Source: Limnothrix sp. BL-A-16
GTDB taxonomy: Bacteria; Cyanobacteriota; Cyanobacteriia; CACIAM-69d
Length of the DNA: 64,000 bases
NCBI GenBank assembly: GCA_041937175.2
Contig: CP166615.1
Coordinates: 672,001-736,000 of the forward strand
Reading direction: 5' to 3'
The translations under genes were made by a program, and so were the position numbers. Below are positions 52,145-62,460 of the stretch, one piece after another. The notes below the pieces were generated by a model. That model saw nothing but the letters and a program-made list of their open reading frames with translations. It had not been told where the DNA came from and searched no databases. Numbering within the stretch: the first letter of the stretch is position 1; each line of letters opens with the position of its first letter.

Positions 52145-52525
52145 CCACCGGCTCATTCATGAGGCTCACGACATTGGCTGACTACAGGTTGTGGCAAGCC
52201 GGGTAGACCAAAAAATTGCGATCGAGCGATCGTGGAAAACGCGATCACTGGCATAGCTCCTCAAGGGCTAATACCACGCTCAAAATCGCTAAAACTGACA
52301 GGATGATTGGGATCTAGGCTGATGGACTAGGAGCGACCTGGCTCCATCACTTGACAGGCTTTCGGTTGACAAGTTCTTGATTGATAGGTTTTTAATTCAC
52401 GAGGTTTCGGTTTTTTAGATCAGCTTAAGTTGGCTTCAGTCGGCTTTAGGTCAGCTTTAAATCAGCATTGTTTTTCCTTGCTTGAGACCAGTATTAATGC
52501 ATTTGAAGATCGGCGCGCAAATCAA

Positions 52526-53107
52526 ATGGCGAACGGAACGCTAACGGTATTAACAGGCCCCAGCGGCGTGGGCAAGGGCACATTGGTGAAGCTGTTACGC
52601 GAACGCCATCCCGATTTGTATTTATCCGTTTCTGCCACCACTCGATCGCCCCGTGATGGCGAAGTGGACGGGCAGGATTATTTTTTTGTGTCGCGCGATC
52701 GGTTCATGGCCATGGCCGAAGCCGGTGACCTGCTGGAGTGGGCCGAGTTTGCTGGGAACTGCTATGGAACCCCGCGCCAACCGATCGTGGAGCGTCTGGA
52801 TCGGGGCGAGCAGGTGTTGTTGGAAATTGAGTTAGAGGGAGCACGCCAGGTCAAGACCACGTTTCCCGAGGCGTTGCGGGTGTTTGTGTTGCCGCCGTCG
52901 CTGGATGAGTTGGAACGACGGTTGCGATCGCGTGGCCAAGATGCTGAAGCGGCGATCGAGCGGCGTTTGGCCCGGGCCCGCGAAGAGGTGGCCGCCGCCG
53001 ATGAATTTGATCAACAGGTGGTGAACGACGACCTAGACAAGGCGCTGATTCAACTGGAAGCGATTATGTTCTCCCCGATCGCAACCCCTGCGGCTGACGA
53101 AAGCTGA
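52526..53107 (+). CDS. gmk: guanylate kinase
   Basis: [30 protein letters not shown]. Confidence 0.96.
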   Translation: MANGTLTVLTGPSGVGKGTLVKLLRERHPDLYLSVSATTRSPRDGEVDGQDYFFVSRDRFMAMAEAGDLLEWAEFAGNCYGTPRQPIVERLDRGEQVLLEIELEGARQVKTTFPEALRVFVLPPSLDELERRLRSRGQDAEAAIERRLARAREEVAAADEFDQQVVNDDLDKALIQLEAIMFSPIATPAADES

Positions 53108-53207
53108 TTAAACCCGGCCAAAGCCAGTTCCCAGACTTTTCGCGAACCGAAATCATGGGTTTTTGGGGCCTGTTTTCATTGCCCCAATCGTCGTAGCAAG
53201 GGGCTTG

Positions 53208-53385
53208 GGGCCTGTCGTCATTTCCATCTCCGTAGGGGTTGGGTCTCCCAACCCTAACCCGGGCGATCGCCACAACCCTGGCCAACACCAAGGATCACGG
53301 GAACTGGGTGGGGAAACCCCGCCCCTACGACTGATTGGTTTGAAGAACGAGGTCATCAGGGTTTGGGTGATTTGACGACGGGCCC
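53208..53385. mobile_element. family B-ended MITE (178 bp) with REPIN-like cargo
   Basis: GGGCCTGTCGTCA...TGACGACGGGCCC|TA; follows half-palindrome CAAGGGGCTT at 53197. Confidence 0.8.
53231..53329. repeat. REPIN-like inverted pair of GTAG-type REP sequences
   Basis: CGTAGGGGTTGGGTCTCCCAACCC ... GGGTGGGGAAACCCCGCCCCTACG. Confidence 0.75.
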
Positions 53386-54776
53386 TAATCTTCCGGGAGG
53401 TCATCCCGTTCCAGGTCATAGAGCACCTTCTCCAAATACCAATCCTCATCCATGTTGGGATAATGTTCGCGGGCCCGATCGAGCAGGGTTTGCGCGATCG
53501 CTTCCTGGCCGCCAACCCGCCCCAACAGCCGCTGCCAAAGGGGATTTTGGGCTTTTTGGGGCAACCCCGGAGACAAGTTCACCGGCTGTTGCAACATCTT
53601 GAGCTGTTCCAAGGTGGTGCGATAGCGTTCCCAGTCGTTGCGATCGCAAAACAAGCTGGCGGCGGTTTGGTAGTCCTCGATCGCCTGCTTCAGGTTTTCT
53701 TGGCGAACGGCCGCTTGGGCCCGCAACAGCAAAATGGCGGGTCGATCGCCCCCCAACTCCAACGCTCGGTCATAGTCCCCGATCGCCGCGCTGTAATTTC
53801 CCAGTGCCTGTTGGGCATCGCCCCGAGCCATCCACAGCAGCGGATTTTGGTCATCTTGGGCCAAAGCTTGGTCTAAATCTGCCAACGCCCCCGCCCGATC
53901 GCCCATTTCCAGCCTGGCCCTGGCTCGGTAACGGTAGAGCGTGGCATCAGCCCCACCCCCTTGAATCGCCCGGTTGCAATCCGCGATCGCCCCTTGCCAG
54001 TTGCCTTGCTTAATGCGCACCGCTGCCCGACAAGCCAGCGCCTTTGGATCCTGTGGATCCAACTTCAGGGCCCAATCTAACTCCGCGATCGCCCCCTGCA
54101 CATCTCCCGACTCCGCCCGGTTCAAAGCCTGGGCATAAAAGGCTTCTGGGCGCATCATTGCGCCCACGGGTGCGCCCGCATTGGGTGTACCTGTATTGGA
54201 CGTGCCCGTACTGGACGTGCCCGTGGTGGTGGCCTGCAAACTGGCCAACGTGGGCGGTGCATTAAATGGTGGCAACGGTTCCGTCAGCACGGGCGGACTG
54301 GCGTTGGGTTGTAGCTGTTTCAGTAAATCCAAACATTGCCGGGCCCCCACGGGATCCCGGCGATCGAGATAAAGCTCCGTTGCCTTGCGTAGGCTGACGA
54401 TCGCGGCGGCCAGATCTCCTCGTTTGCGCAGGGCCGTTGCCTTCAGTTGGTGGGCCGCTGGATTTTGAGGATTGAGCTGAAGCAGGCTGGCTAAATCATC
54501 CAACGCCCCATCAAAGTGATCCAAAACCACACGAACCAAGGCTCGGCCATAGAGAGCCGGTTGATAATCGTTGGCCAGTTCGATCGCCCGTGAATAGTCA
54601 AAGGCGGCCTGTTGCAACCGGCCCATATCAAAATAGGCCAAACCCCGCCGGTAATAGGCTTCAGCCCAATGGGGATCCGCCGCAATGGCTTGGTCAAAGC
54701 AAGCGATCGCCGCTGCTTGGTCGCCTTGCTTTGCCTGCTCGATGCCCTCCCAAAAGGCCGCATTATCAGTCATCAC
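53385..54776 (-). CDS. tetratricopeptide repeat protein
   Basis: repeated AYYRRG / A..DY.RAL TPR motifs in two clusters. Confidence 0.9.
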   Translation of the reverse strand: MMTDNAAFWEGIEQAKQGDQAAAIACFDQAIAADPHWAEAYYRRGLAYFDMGRLQQAAFDYSRAIELANDYQPALYGRALVRVVLDHFDGALDDLASLLQLNPQNPAAHQLKATALRKRGDLAAAIVSLRKATELYLDRRDPVGARQCLDLLKQLQPNASPPVLTEPLPPFNAPPTLASLQATTTGTSSTGTSNTGTPNAGAPVGAMMRPEAFYAQALNRAESGDVQGAIAELDWALKLDPQDPKALACRAAVRIKQGNWQGAIADCNRAIQGGGADATLYRYRARARLEMGDRAGALADLDQALAQDDQNPLLWMARGDAQQALGNYSAAIGDYDRALELGGDRPAILLLRAQAAVRQENLKQAIEDYQTAASLFCDRNDWERYRTTLEQLKMLQQPVNLSPGLPQKAQNPLWQRLLGRVGGQEAIAQTLLDRAREHYPNMDEDWYLEKVLYDLERDDLPED

Positions 54777-55492
54777 GCCGCCTCGCTGATCACATACCGA
54801 CCGCCATCATTAGGGCAATCCTAGCAATTGGTAGAGAGCTTGCGGTGATTTGTATCAATCCATACGGATTTTGAAGCAAACTTCCTCGAATTTCCGCCTC
54901 CAATTCCTCATCAATAGGGCTAATCATCGACAGCCCTTGATGAAGACCGGGCCAACTCACTCATAATGAATGCGGAGCTGTGGATTGCTGGTTAATCCTG
55001 CCGCGCTGCGCCTGGCCACTCGGCTTGGTGGTTGCTGCAAGCTGTCTACCGCTCGATTCATCCGACAGTTGATCCAGCAGTCCATCCGGTAATCCAGTTG
55101 GCGATTCAATTCGGCGATTCAATGGGGATTCAATAACGAGCACCTCAGTTCGTGCCTCTAGTCGGAGATCTGGAGATCTAGTACATCGGGAAATGCATCA
55201 GGCAACCCATCAGGGTCTTGGGATGAATGGGTTAGGATCAGGTGATCGCGCGGCTCTGTGCGGCGATAAACAGCCCTAGCACTGTTTGAGTACTGATTTT
55301 GGATATTAATTTGGATATTAGATTTGGATATTAGTCATGATCAACTAGCCCCAAGCTGCCCGCCTACTCCTTAGCGATCGCTGGGGACGTTGCTCATGAC
55401 CAGCCAGCCCCATCGGCCCAAACACTGCATCACGGCTGCCGAAAACGATTCAAACGATTTCACTGATTCAGGCGTTTGCTTTTTCCTATCCT

Positions 55493-57823
55493 GTGCTTGA
55501 TTCTCACCAAATTATTCCCGCTGTCCGTTCCCTGTCCCTGGGCGAAGCTGGCTACCTGGCGGCAACGCAAGCGCTGGTGATTTCAGCGGACAAAACTATC
55601 GCAGACATGGTGCAGCATCTTCAGGGAATTCACCCATCGCAGATTGCTGAATCACAATTGATTGTGCTGGTGTTGCCGACGGCCCAGGGCGAGAAGCCGA
55701 TCGGGGTGCTGACGGTGAGCGAGCTGGCCTGGGCCGTGGCGACCCAGCGGGAATTGGCCACCTCTGCCCTCATGAGCCTGGCTAGACCGCCCGTGACCTT
55801 GCCCGCTCAGACCAATTTGCAAACCGCTTGGGACACGTTTCAGGCTCAAAAATGCTCCTGGTTAGTGTTGCTAGAGGAGCAGGGAGTTTTTGCGGGGGTC
55901 ATTTCCCGCACTGCCTTGTTGGAAGCGGTGGTGGAACGGGGCGGCCTGGCTGGTCAGTCGTCAGAATCAACCCCAGAATCAGACTATTCCCCGCTAATTT
56001 GTTCGCAGCCGGTGCATGGCTACTGGTCCGCTGGTTTGACTCATTTCCTGGGACAAGTGGGCGATGGGGTTGCCCAAGTGGTGAACGATGGGGTTTGGGA
56101 ATGGAACCTAACGACCGATCGCCTGGTGTTGTCGCCTCGGTGGAAGGCCCTGTTGGGCTATGGCCCCTCGGAGTTGGCCGATGAGTGGGCCACTTGGGAA
56201 CAGCGGTTGATCGAGGAAGATCGATCGACCCTGAGCAATTTGCGGCAGGCGGTGCAGGTGAACCAGGCCAACTGCATTCAACTGATTCAGCGGTTTGAGC
56301 ACCGCAACCAAAATATTGTTCATGGCCTGGTGCGGGCGGTGCGCCACAGCGCGGTCAATGGGGATGATGTCCTTTGGGGAGTTCTGACGGACATTAGCGA
56401 GTTGGCCCGTACCCAACAGGAACTGGCGGATATTCTCGACAGCTCGATCGATGGGATTGCTGCCCTACGCACGATCCGCAACGGAGCCGGGCAAATTGTG
56501 GATTTTTTGTGGACGGCGGTGAACTCCTCCGCAGAAATGGTGCTGGGGCGATCGCGCAATCAACTGCTGAACCGACAACTGCTCGATCAAGTACCCCTTG
56601 TGCGCCAAGACGGCCTCTTTGAAGCCTATGTGCGGGTGGTGGAAACGGGCCAGGCCTTCAGTCGATCGCTCCGAGTCACCCAATCGGATGGCCGCGATGC
56701 TTGGTTGCAACTCACGGCGGTGAAATTAGGCGATGGTCTGACCCTGACTTTTCGGGATGTGACCCAAACCAAGCAGGCCGAACAGGTGCTTCAGGAAACC
56801 AATCAACAGCTAGAGCGTCGCATTGAAGAACTGAAGTTTCGCAACCGCGAAATGGCCCTGCTGAGTGAAATGATTGATTTTCTTCAGGTTTGCGTGACCG
56901 TGGAGGAAGCCTACACGGCCGTGGCCGATCTGGTGCAAGCGCTGTTTCCCGGCTGTTCCGGGGCCCTGTTTACCCTGGAATCGACCCGCGTGGCCCTGGA
57001 GGCGGTGGCCACCTGGGGCCCTGACCCGATCGGGGAAACCCTGTTCTATCCCGATGATTGCTGGGCCCTGAGTCGTGGCCGCATCCATTGGGCCGAACAC
57101 AAACACACGGGGTTGCTCTGTCGCCATGCCCACCCCCTGGGCCCCCAAGCGGAATCCCTTTGTTTGCCGATGATGGCCCAAAGCGAAACCCTGGGACTGC
57201 TGTATCTTTGCACCCCGCAACACGATTCCCTTTCGGCTCCAAAACAACAGCTCGCCCGCACCGTGGCGGAGCAGGTGGCCTTGGCCATTTCCAACCTGCG
57301 ATTGCGGGAAACCCTGCAACAACAAAGCATCCGCGACCCGCTCACCGGCCTCTATAACCGACGCTATTTGGAGGAAGCCCTGGAGCAAGCGGTTTGTCGG
57401 GCCCGGCGCGATCGCTCCCCGATCGGGGCGATCATTTTGGACATTGACCATTTCAAACAATTCAACGACACCTTTGGCCACGATGCCGGAGACTTGGTGT
57501 TGCAGGAAGTGGCGCAATTTCTGCAAAGTCGCATCCGAGGCTCCGATATTGCCTGTCGCTATGGTGGCGAAGAAATGACGCTGATTTTGCCCGGAGCCAC
57601 CCTCGAAGAAACGGTGCAACGGGCGGAGGTGATGTGCCAAGAGCTGAAGTATTTGTCCTTGCGTCACGGAGGGCAAACCCTGGGCGCAATCACGGCCTCC
57701 TTTGGAGTGGCCAGTTTTCCGCAACATGCGGTTACTGTGGCGACCCTTTTGCAAGCGGCCGATGCCGCTCTCTATCAAGCGAAATGGGCCGGGCGAGATC
57801 GAGTGGTGGTTGCCCAAAGCTAA
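55493..57823 (+). CDS. diguanylate cyclase (CBS-like, PAS, PAS, GAF, GGDEF)
   Basis: DPLTGLYNRR, DIDHFKQFND, RGSD I-site, GGEEM, ADAALY. Confidence 0.92.
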   Translation: MLDSHQIIPAVRSLSLGEAGYLAATQALVISADKTIADMVQHLQGIHPSQIAESQLIVLVLPTAQGEKPIGVLTVSELAWAVATQRELATSALMSLARPPVTLPAQTNLQTAWDTFQAQKCSWLVLLEEQGVFAGVISRTALLEAVVERGGLAGQSSESTPESDYSPLICSQPVHGYWSAGLTHFLGQVGDGVAQVVNDGVWEWNLTTDRLVLSPRWKALLGYGPSELADEWATWEQRLIEEDRSTLSNLRQAVQVNQANCIQLIQRFEHRNQNIVHGLVRAVRHSAVNGDDVLWGVLTDISELARTQQELADILDSSIDGIAALRTIRNGAGQIVDFLWTAVNSSAEMVLGRSRNQLLNRQLLDQVPLVRQDGLFEAYVRVVETGQAFSRSLRVTQSDGRDAWLQLTAVKLGDGLTLTFRDVTQTKQAEQVLQETNQQLERRIEELKFRNREMALLSEMIDFLQVCVTVEEAYTAVADLVQALFPGCSGALFTLESTRVALEAVATWGPDPIGETLFYPDDCWALSRGRIHWAEHKHTGLLCRHAHPLGPQAESLCLPMMAQSETLGLLYLCTPQHDSLSAPKQQLARTVAEQVALAISNLRLRETLQQQSIRDPLTGLYNRRYLEEALEQAVCRARRDRSPIGAIILDIDHFKQFNDTFGHDAGDLVLQEVAQFLQSRIRGSDIACRYGGEEMTLILPGATLEETVQRAEVMCQELKYLSLRHGGQTLGAITASFGVASFPQHAVTVATLLQAADAALYQAKWAGRDRVVVAQS

Positions 57824-57859
57824 AAGCTGCAACTCAAAACTCTCATCGGATCGCAAATT

Positions 57860-58180
57860 TCAATAGAAAATTGCCAGCCAAATGGTTTCCACATCCGGGT
57901 CAGTCCAAGCAACCCGGTGTTTCTGGTGAGCGGGAATATTGAAATAGTCACCAGGCTTTAGCTCAACTACGCCCTCCGGTAGTTCCAAATGGGCATGACC
58001 TTGCAGCACCAAAACCCACTCGGATTGCGCTTGGTCATACCAAAAGTCGGGATCCGATCGATGTCCTTTCGATAAAATTCGCTCAATTTTGATCTCGGGC
58101 GTTTGCAAAATCGTTTCAAAGATTTCCTCGGGCAGCTCGATCGGGAGATTTTGGAAGAGGTTATTGGTAAAGGAGGTCAT
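57860..58180 (-). CDS. cupin domain protein
   Basis: IERILSKGH, WYDQ...EWVLVLQG, IPAHQKHRV. Confidence 0.85.
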   Translation of the reverse strand: MTSFTNNLFQNLPIELPEEIFETILQTPEIKIERILSKGHRSDPDFWYDQAQSEWVLVLQGHAHLELPEGVVELKPGDYFNIPAHQKHRVAWTDPDVETIWLAIFY

Positions 58181-58315
58181 TTTGAGATCTGCTATATTTT
58201 TCAATGTTCAGAATTGAGAAATTTCGTTCAGTTCAAGAACTCGATCTGAAATCTGAAATAAATCTCTAAAAATCTGAAATGAATCTCTAAATTTATGAGA
58301 ATTGATGAATCGCGG

Positions 58316-59335
58316 CTACATTAAAAACTCAGCTAGGGTTTTCAGATGGTCACTGGCGGCCGATACTGCGATCGGCAATCGATATCCTCCACCATGACAA
58401 GACAGCACTGGACAATGAAAACGATGCGCAGCTTTTAAGGTGATCTTCGTTAGTTGCACAAAGTCTTCATTCGTCCAATCGGTTGTATCTTCTCCGCAAT
58501 CCTTTCGATGTGCGTCATATCCCGAGAAGATAGCGATTAAATCGGGTTTCCAAGGTAAATGATTTAACTTGTCCCGGAATACTTCAATGCTGCTCTGTCC
58601 TTCATAAAATTCACCACCCAAGCCATCTTCTGCAAGAGCAGCGCGTGGAAAATTCTTAGGAATAACTGGAATATTGCAATGACCCACGCGATCGGCTTGT
58701 TCCGTAGTTCCCCACTGAAGGCCAGAAGCCTTGGCCATGTAAATATCTACAGTACTATGAATACTAATACAATAAACAGATGAGTCATGGCTGAAAATTT
58801 CTTGAGTGCCATCACCATGATGAATGTCCCAGTCAATGACAACGACTTTGGCAAAACCATTCAGTTGGGCATAGCGTACTGCTGCCGCTAAAGGATTAAG
58901 TAAACAATATCCATGACCCCATTCACGATGGGCATGGTGACCAACCATACTAAAGCAATAAGCTCGCTGAAGAATGCCCTGTTTCATCCGATCAATGGCC
59001 TCTAACATACCGCCCAAACCATATAGATAGCCTGGAATTGCATACTCAAGTCCTTGACAGTCAGAACCAATGGCTGGTAACGAAAGACTGGTCTGATCCA
59101 ATGGGCGATCGAGCGCTTTCAGAATTAGCTTTTTCAGATAGGCCTGACTATGAACACTGGCATAGTCTGTTAACTGAGCTTTCCTAAGGGGCAAGGACTG
59201 ATATTGTGAACAGATTTGAGCAAGGGCTTGGCAAACTTGCCGATAATAAGGTAATGAATATCTGCCGAATGTAATATCTTCGAGTGGCTTGGACAGGTTG
59301 AACGATTGAAGATGAAGATAGGTTGCGAAGCTCAT
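58316..59335 (-). CDS. histone deacetylase-family amidohydrolase
   Basis: GHHAH, GYCLLN, DWDIHHGDGTQ, SGYDAH, GGGY. Confidence 0.88.
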   Translation of the reverse strand: MSFATYLHLQSFNLSKPLEDITFGRYSLPYYRQVCQALAQICSQYQSLPLRKAQLTDYASVHSQAYLKKLILKALDRPLDQTSLSLPAIGSDCQGLEYAIPGYLYGLGGMLEAIDRMKQGILQRAYCFSMVGHHAHREWGHGYCLLNPLAAAVRYAQLNGFAKVVVIDWDIHHGDGTQEIFSHDSSVYCISIHSTVDIYMAKASGLQWGTTEQADRVGHCNIPVIPKNFPRAALAEDGLGGEFYEGQSSIEVFRDKLNHLPWKPDLIAIFSGYDAHRKDCGEDTTDWTNEDFVQLTKITLKAAHRFHCPVLSCHGGGYRLPIAVSAASDHLKTLAEFLM

Positions 59336-59799
59336 CTTTGTTTATGATTGATGAACGTGGTTAACGAATAATGTAAGCCAATAAAATAAATTGAATAAAT
59401 TTTGAATTTGAAATTAAGATTAAAAAATAAAATTAGTCTAAAATTTGAAGAGTCAATATTAAACAGAGTCAATATTAAACATTGATTGACTTCTACTAAA
59501 TCAAAAAAGCTAAATCATGATCCTGATAGATCACTTGGTCTAACCTGATTACCCTTGTGATTTAACAGCAGACTATAGAGATGGTAGCCTACTTGCCTTG
59601 AGCTTTGGGCAAATATTACGGGCTTCTAGGGATTAAACGCAGTCATTGCTCGATGGTTATGTTAAAAATAACTACGGCGAGTCTGGGATGAGCCAATGAT
59701 TTTTGTGCCCAAGACCATCAATAATTTGCCAAGCTGGCTCAAATTGTTCAATTTGTCAGCAATTTTTCGCTAGTCCATCGTAGTTAGGGGCAATCCACC

Positions 59800-62460
59800 A
59801 TGTCGCGGAACCGGTTTTTGGAAGCATTTTGGGGTTTGAGTGCAGATGAAGCGCGATCGTTTCAACTTCCCGGAGCCAAGCCCCACTATCTTCCCGATCG
59901 CCCGGTGCGGACACAACATGTGGCCCTTGATTTGGTGTTGGACATTCCCAATTGTCGGGTAGCGGGAACCTGCTCGATCGACCTGTTGCCCGTGCAAGAT
60001 GGGGTCGATCGCCTGGAATTAGATGCGGTGGCTATGCAAATTCAAGGGGTTCGGGTGGGCGAAGCTGCCCAGCAATTTGAATATGATGGCGAGCAGTTAG
60101 CGATCACTCTGTCGGAGCCAACCCAGCGCGATCGTGCCTTCAAATTAGTCATTGACTATCAATTAGATCGTCCCCAACGCGGCATTTACTTTGTGCAGCC
60201 CACGGCGGACTATCCCAATAAAAATGTGCAGGTTTGGACCCAGGGAGAGGATGAAGATTCTCGCTTCTGGTTCCCCTGTTTTGATTTTCCAGGACAACTC
60301 TGCACCTCGGAAATGCAGGTGCAAGTGCCCAATGGTTTGCTCGTACTCTCGAATGGAGAGCTGATTAATCAGACAACCAAGGGCAAAACCACCACTTACC
60401 ATTGGCATCAAAAACAGCCTCATCCCATTTATCTGTTTACTCTGGCCGTGGGAGATTTTGCAGAGATTAAAGATGAGTGGCGCGGCCGACCTGTGAGCTA
60501 TTACACCGCTCAGAATCGGGCTTCGGAAGCCCAGCGCACCATGGGCAAAACGCCCGCGATGATGGATTTTCTCAGCGAAAAATTTGACTATGACTATCCC
60601 TATAGCAAGTATGGGCAAGCTTGCATGGAGGATTTCATTTTTGGAGGCATGGAAAATACCTCCATGACCCTGTTAACCGATCGTTGCTTGTTAGATGAAC
60701 GAGCCGCGATCGATAATCGCAATTCTGAAGCTTTGGTGGTTCATGAGCTGACGCACCAGTGGTTTGGTGATTTGCTGGTCATTAAGCATTGGTCCCATGC
60801 TTGGCTGAAAGAAGGCATGGCCACCTATTCCGAAACCCTCTGGACTGAGCATGAATATGGATCGGAGGAAGCAGCCTATTATCGCTTGGGTGATCAGCGG
60901 GCCTATTTAGGGGAAGATCGGCGGCGCTACCGACGGCCCATGGTGACCCATGTTTATCGCGAGCCGATCGAACTCTACGATTGCCATACCTATGAAAAGG
61001 GCGGCTGTGTTTATCACATGCTGCATCAGGAATTGGGCGATGATTTGTTTTGGAAATCGATTCAAACATTTGTCAAAAATCACGCCTTTGGTGCTATCGA
61101 AACGATCGACCTCTTGCGAGCGATCGAACAGGCAACGGGTCGAAATTTGTTGTTTCTGTTTGATCAGTACGTGTTTCGGGGAGGTCATCCTGATTTCAAA
61201 GTTGCCTATAGCTGGGATGGAGAAAATAAGATTGCAAAATTGACCGTGACCCAAACCCAAGCCAAGGAAGGGGATTTGGAGACGCTGTTTAATTTGAAAA
61301 TTCCAGTGTCCTTTGCGACCCTCAGCAGTGAAGCAGCCAGCCCTGCTCCGAAATCGAAGAAGTCGAAAAAAGTAGCGGCTCCCGCCCCTAAGGTCACGTT
61401 CAAAACCGTGAAGCTGGCCATTCACGATCGGGAACAAACCTTCTACTTACCCTTGGAGCAAAAACCAGATTTCGTCAGTTTTGATCCGGGGAATCATTGG
61501 CTGAAAACGGTGGAGCTAGATTATCCGCTGCCGGAATTGAAAGCCCAATTGCAGTTTGATCCTGACCCGATCGCCCGAGTATTTGCGGCGAAAGCGATCG
61601 CCCAGAAAGGCACGCTGGAGGCCTTGAATGCTTTGGCCCAATCCCTGACGAGCGATCGCTTTTGGGGGGTGCGTGCCGAGGTGGCAGAAAATCTGGCCAC
61701 CATCGGTTTAGATGGGGTGTTGGCTGCCCTGAAGCCGGGGTTGAAGGATTCGGATCCCCAAGTGCGTCGATCGGTGATTCAGGCCATTGCCTCCCTCAAA
61801 ACCGAAGCAGCTTATTCAGCGCTGGAGTCGATCGCCAAGAAGGGCGATGCCAGTTACTACACCGAGTCGGCGGCCTTGGCGGCCATCGGGTCGATCGCGG
61901 CGGCCCAGCCGGCCTTGGTCGATCGGGCGATTGCGTTGCTCAAATCGGCCCTGAAAAAGCGATCGGGCTGGAATGAAGTCGTTCGTTCCGGGGCCGTCAG
62001 CGGCCTAAGCGCCCTCAAGACCTCTGCCGCCGCCCTGGATTTGGTGCTGGAAACCAGCCAACCGGGCATTCCCCAGGCCCTACGCTTAGCGGCGATTCGG
62101 GCCCTGGGCGCGGTGGCTAACGGCCAAGAAGCCCCAGCGGTCGATCGGGTGTTGAATGCACTGCAAACCTATGCCCGCGAGAGCTTTTTCCTCACCCAAG
62201 TGGCGGTGGTGGTTGCCCTAGGACAAATGGAAACTACCAAGGCGATCGGGATTTTGCAAGGGTTGGCCAGCCAGTCGCCCGATGGCCGCGTGCGCCGGAT
62301 GGCGGAAGAGGCCGTGAAGCGAGTGCAGCACAATGCGGGTTCCGATCGCGCCTTGGATCAGGTGCGCCAAGAGCTAGATCAACTGAAAAAAGACAACCAA
62401 ACCCTGCGATCGCGCCTGGAAGACTTGGAGGCAAAATCAAAACCGCAACCCGCGAGCTAG
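59800..62460 (+). CDS. pepN: M1 aminopeptidase with HEAT repeats and C-terminal coiled coil
   Basis: GGMEN, HELTHQWFG...WLKEG, YEKG. Confidence 0.92.
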   Translation: MSRNRFLEAFWGLSADEARSFQLPGAKPHYLPDRPVRTQHVALDLVLDIPNCRVAGTCSIDLLPVQDGVDRLELDAVAMQIQGVRVGEAAQQFEYDGEQLAITLSEPTQRDRAFKLVIDYQLDRPQRGIYFVQPTADYPNKNVQVWTQGEDEDSRFWFPCFDFPGQLCTSEMQVQVPNGLLVLSNGELINQTTKGKTTTYHWHQKQPHPIYLFTLAVGDFAEIKDEWRGRPVSYYTAQNRASEAQRTMGKTPAMMDFLSEKFDYDYPYSKYGQACMEDFIFGGMENTSMTLLTDRCLLDERAAIDNRNSEALVVHELTHQWFGDLLVIKHWSHAWLKEGMATYSETLWTEHEYGSEEAAYYRLGDQRAYLGEDRRRYRRPMVTHVYREPIELYDCHTYEKGGCVYHMLHQELGDDLFWKSIQTFVKNHAFGAIETIDLLRAIEQATGRNLLFLFDQYVFRGGHPDFKVAYSWDGENKIAKLTVTQTQAKEGDLETLFNLKIPVSFATLSSEAASPAPKSKKSKKVAAPAPKVTFKTVKLAIHDREQTFYLPLEQKPDFVSFDPGNHWLKTVELDYPLPELKAQLQFDPDPIARVFAAKAIAQKGTLEALNALAQSLTSDRFWGVRAEVAENLATIGLDGVLAALKPGLKDSDPQVRRSVIQAIASLKTEAAYSALESIAKKGDASYYTESAALAAIGSIAAAQPALVDRAIALLKSALKKRSGWNEVVRSGAVSGLSALKTSAAALDLVLETSQPGIPQALRLAAIRALGAVANGQEAPAVDRVLNALQTYARESFFLTQVAVVVALGQMETTKAIGILQGLASQSPDGRVRRMAEEAVKRVQHNAGSDRALDQVRQELDQLKKDNQTLRSRLEDLEAKSKPQPAS

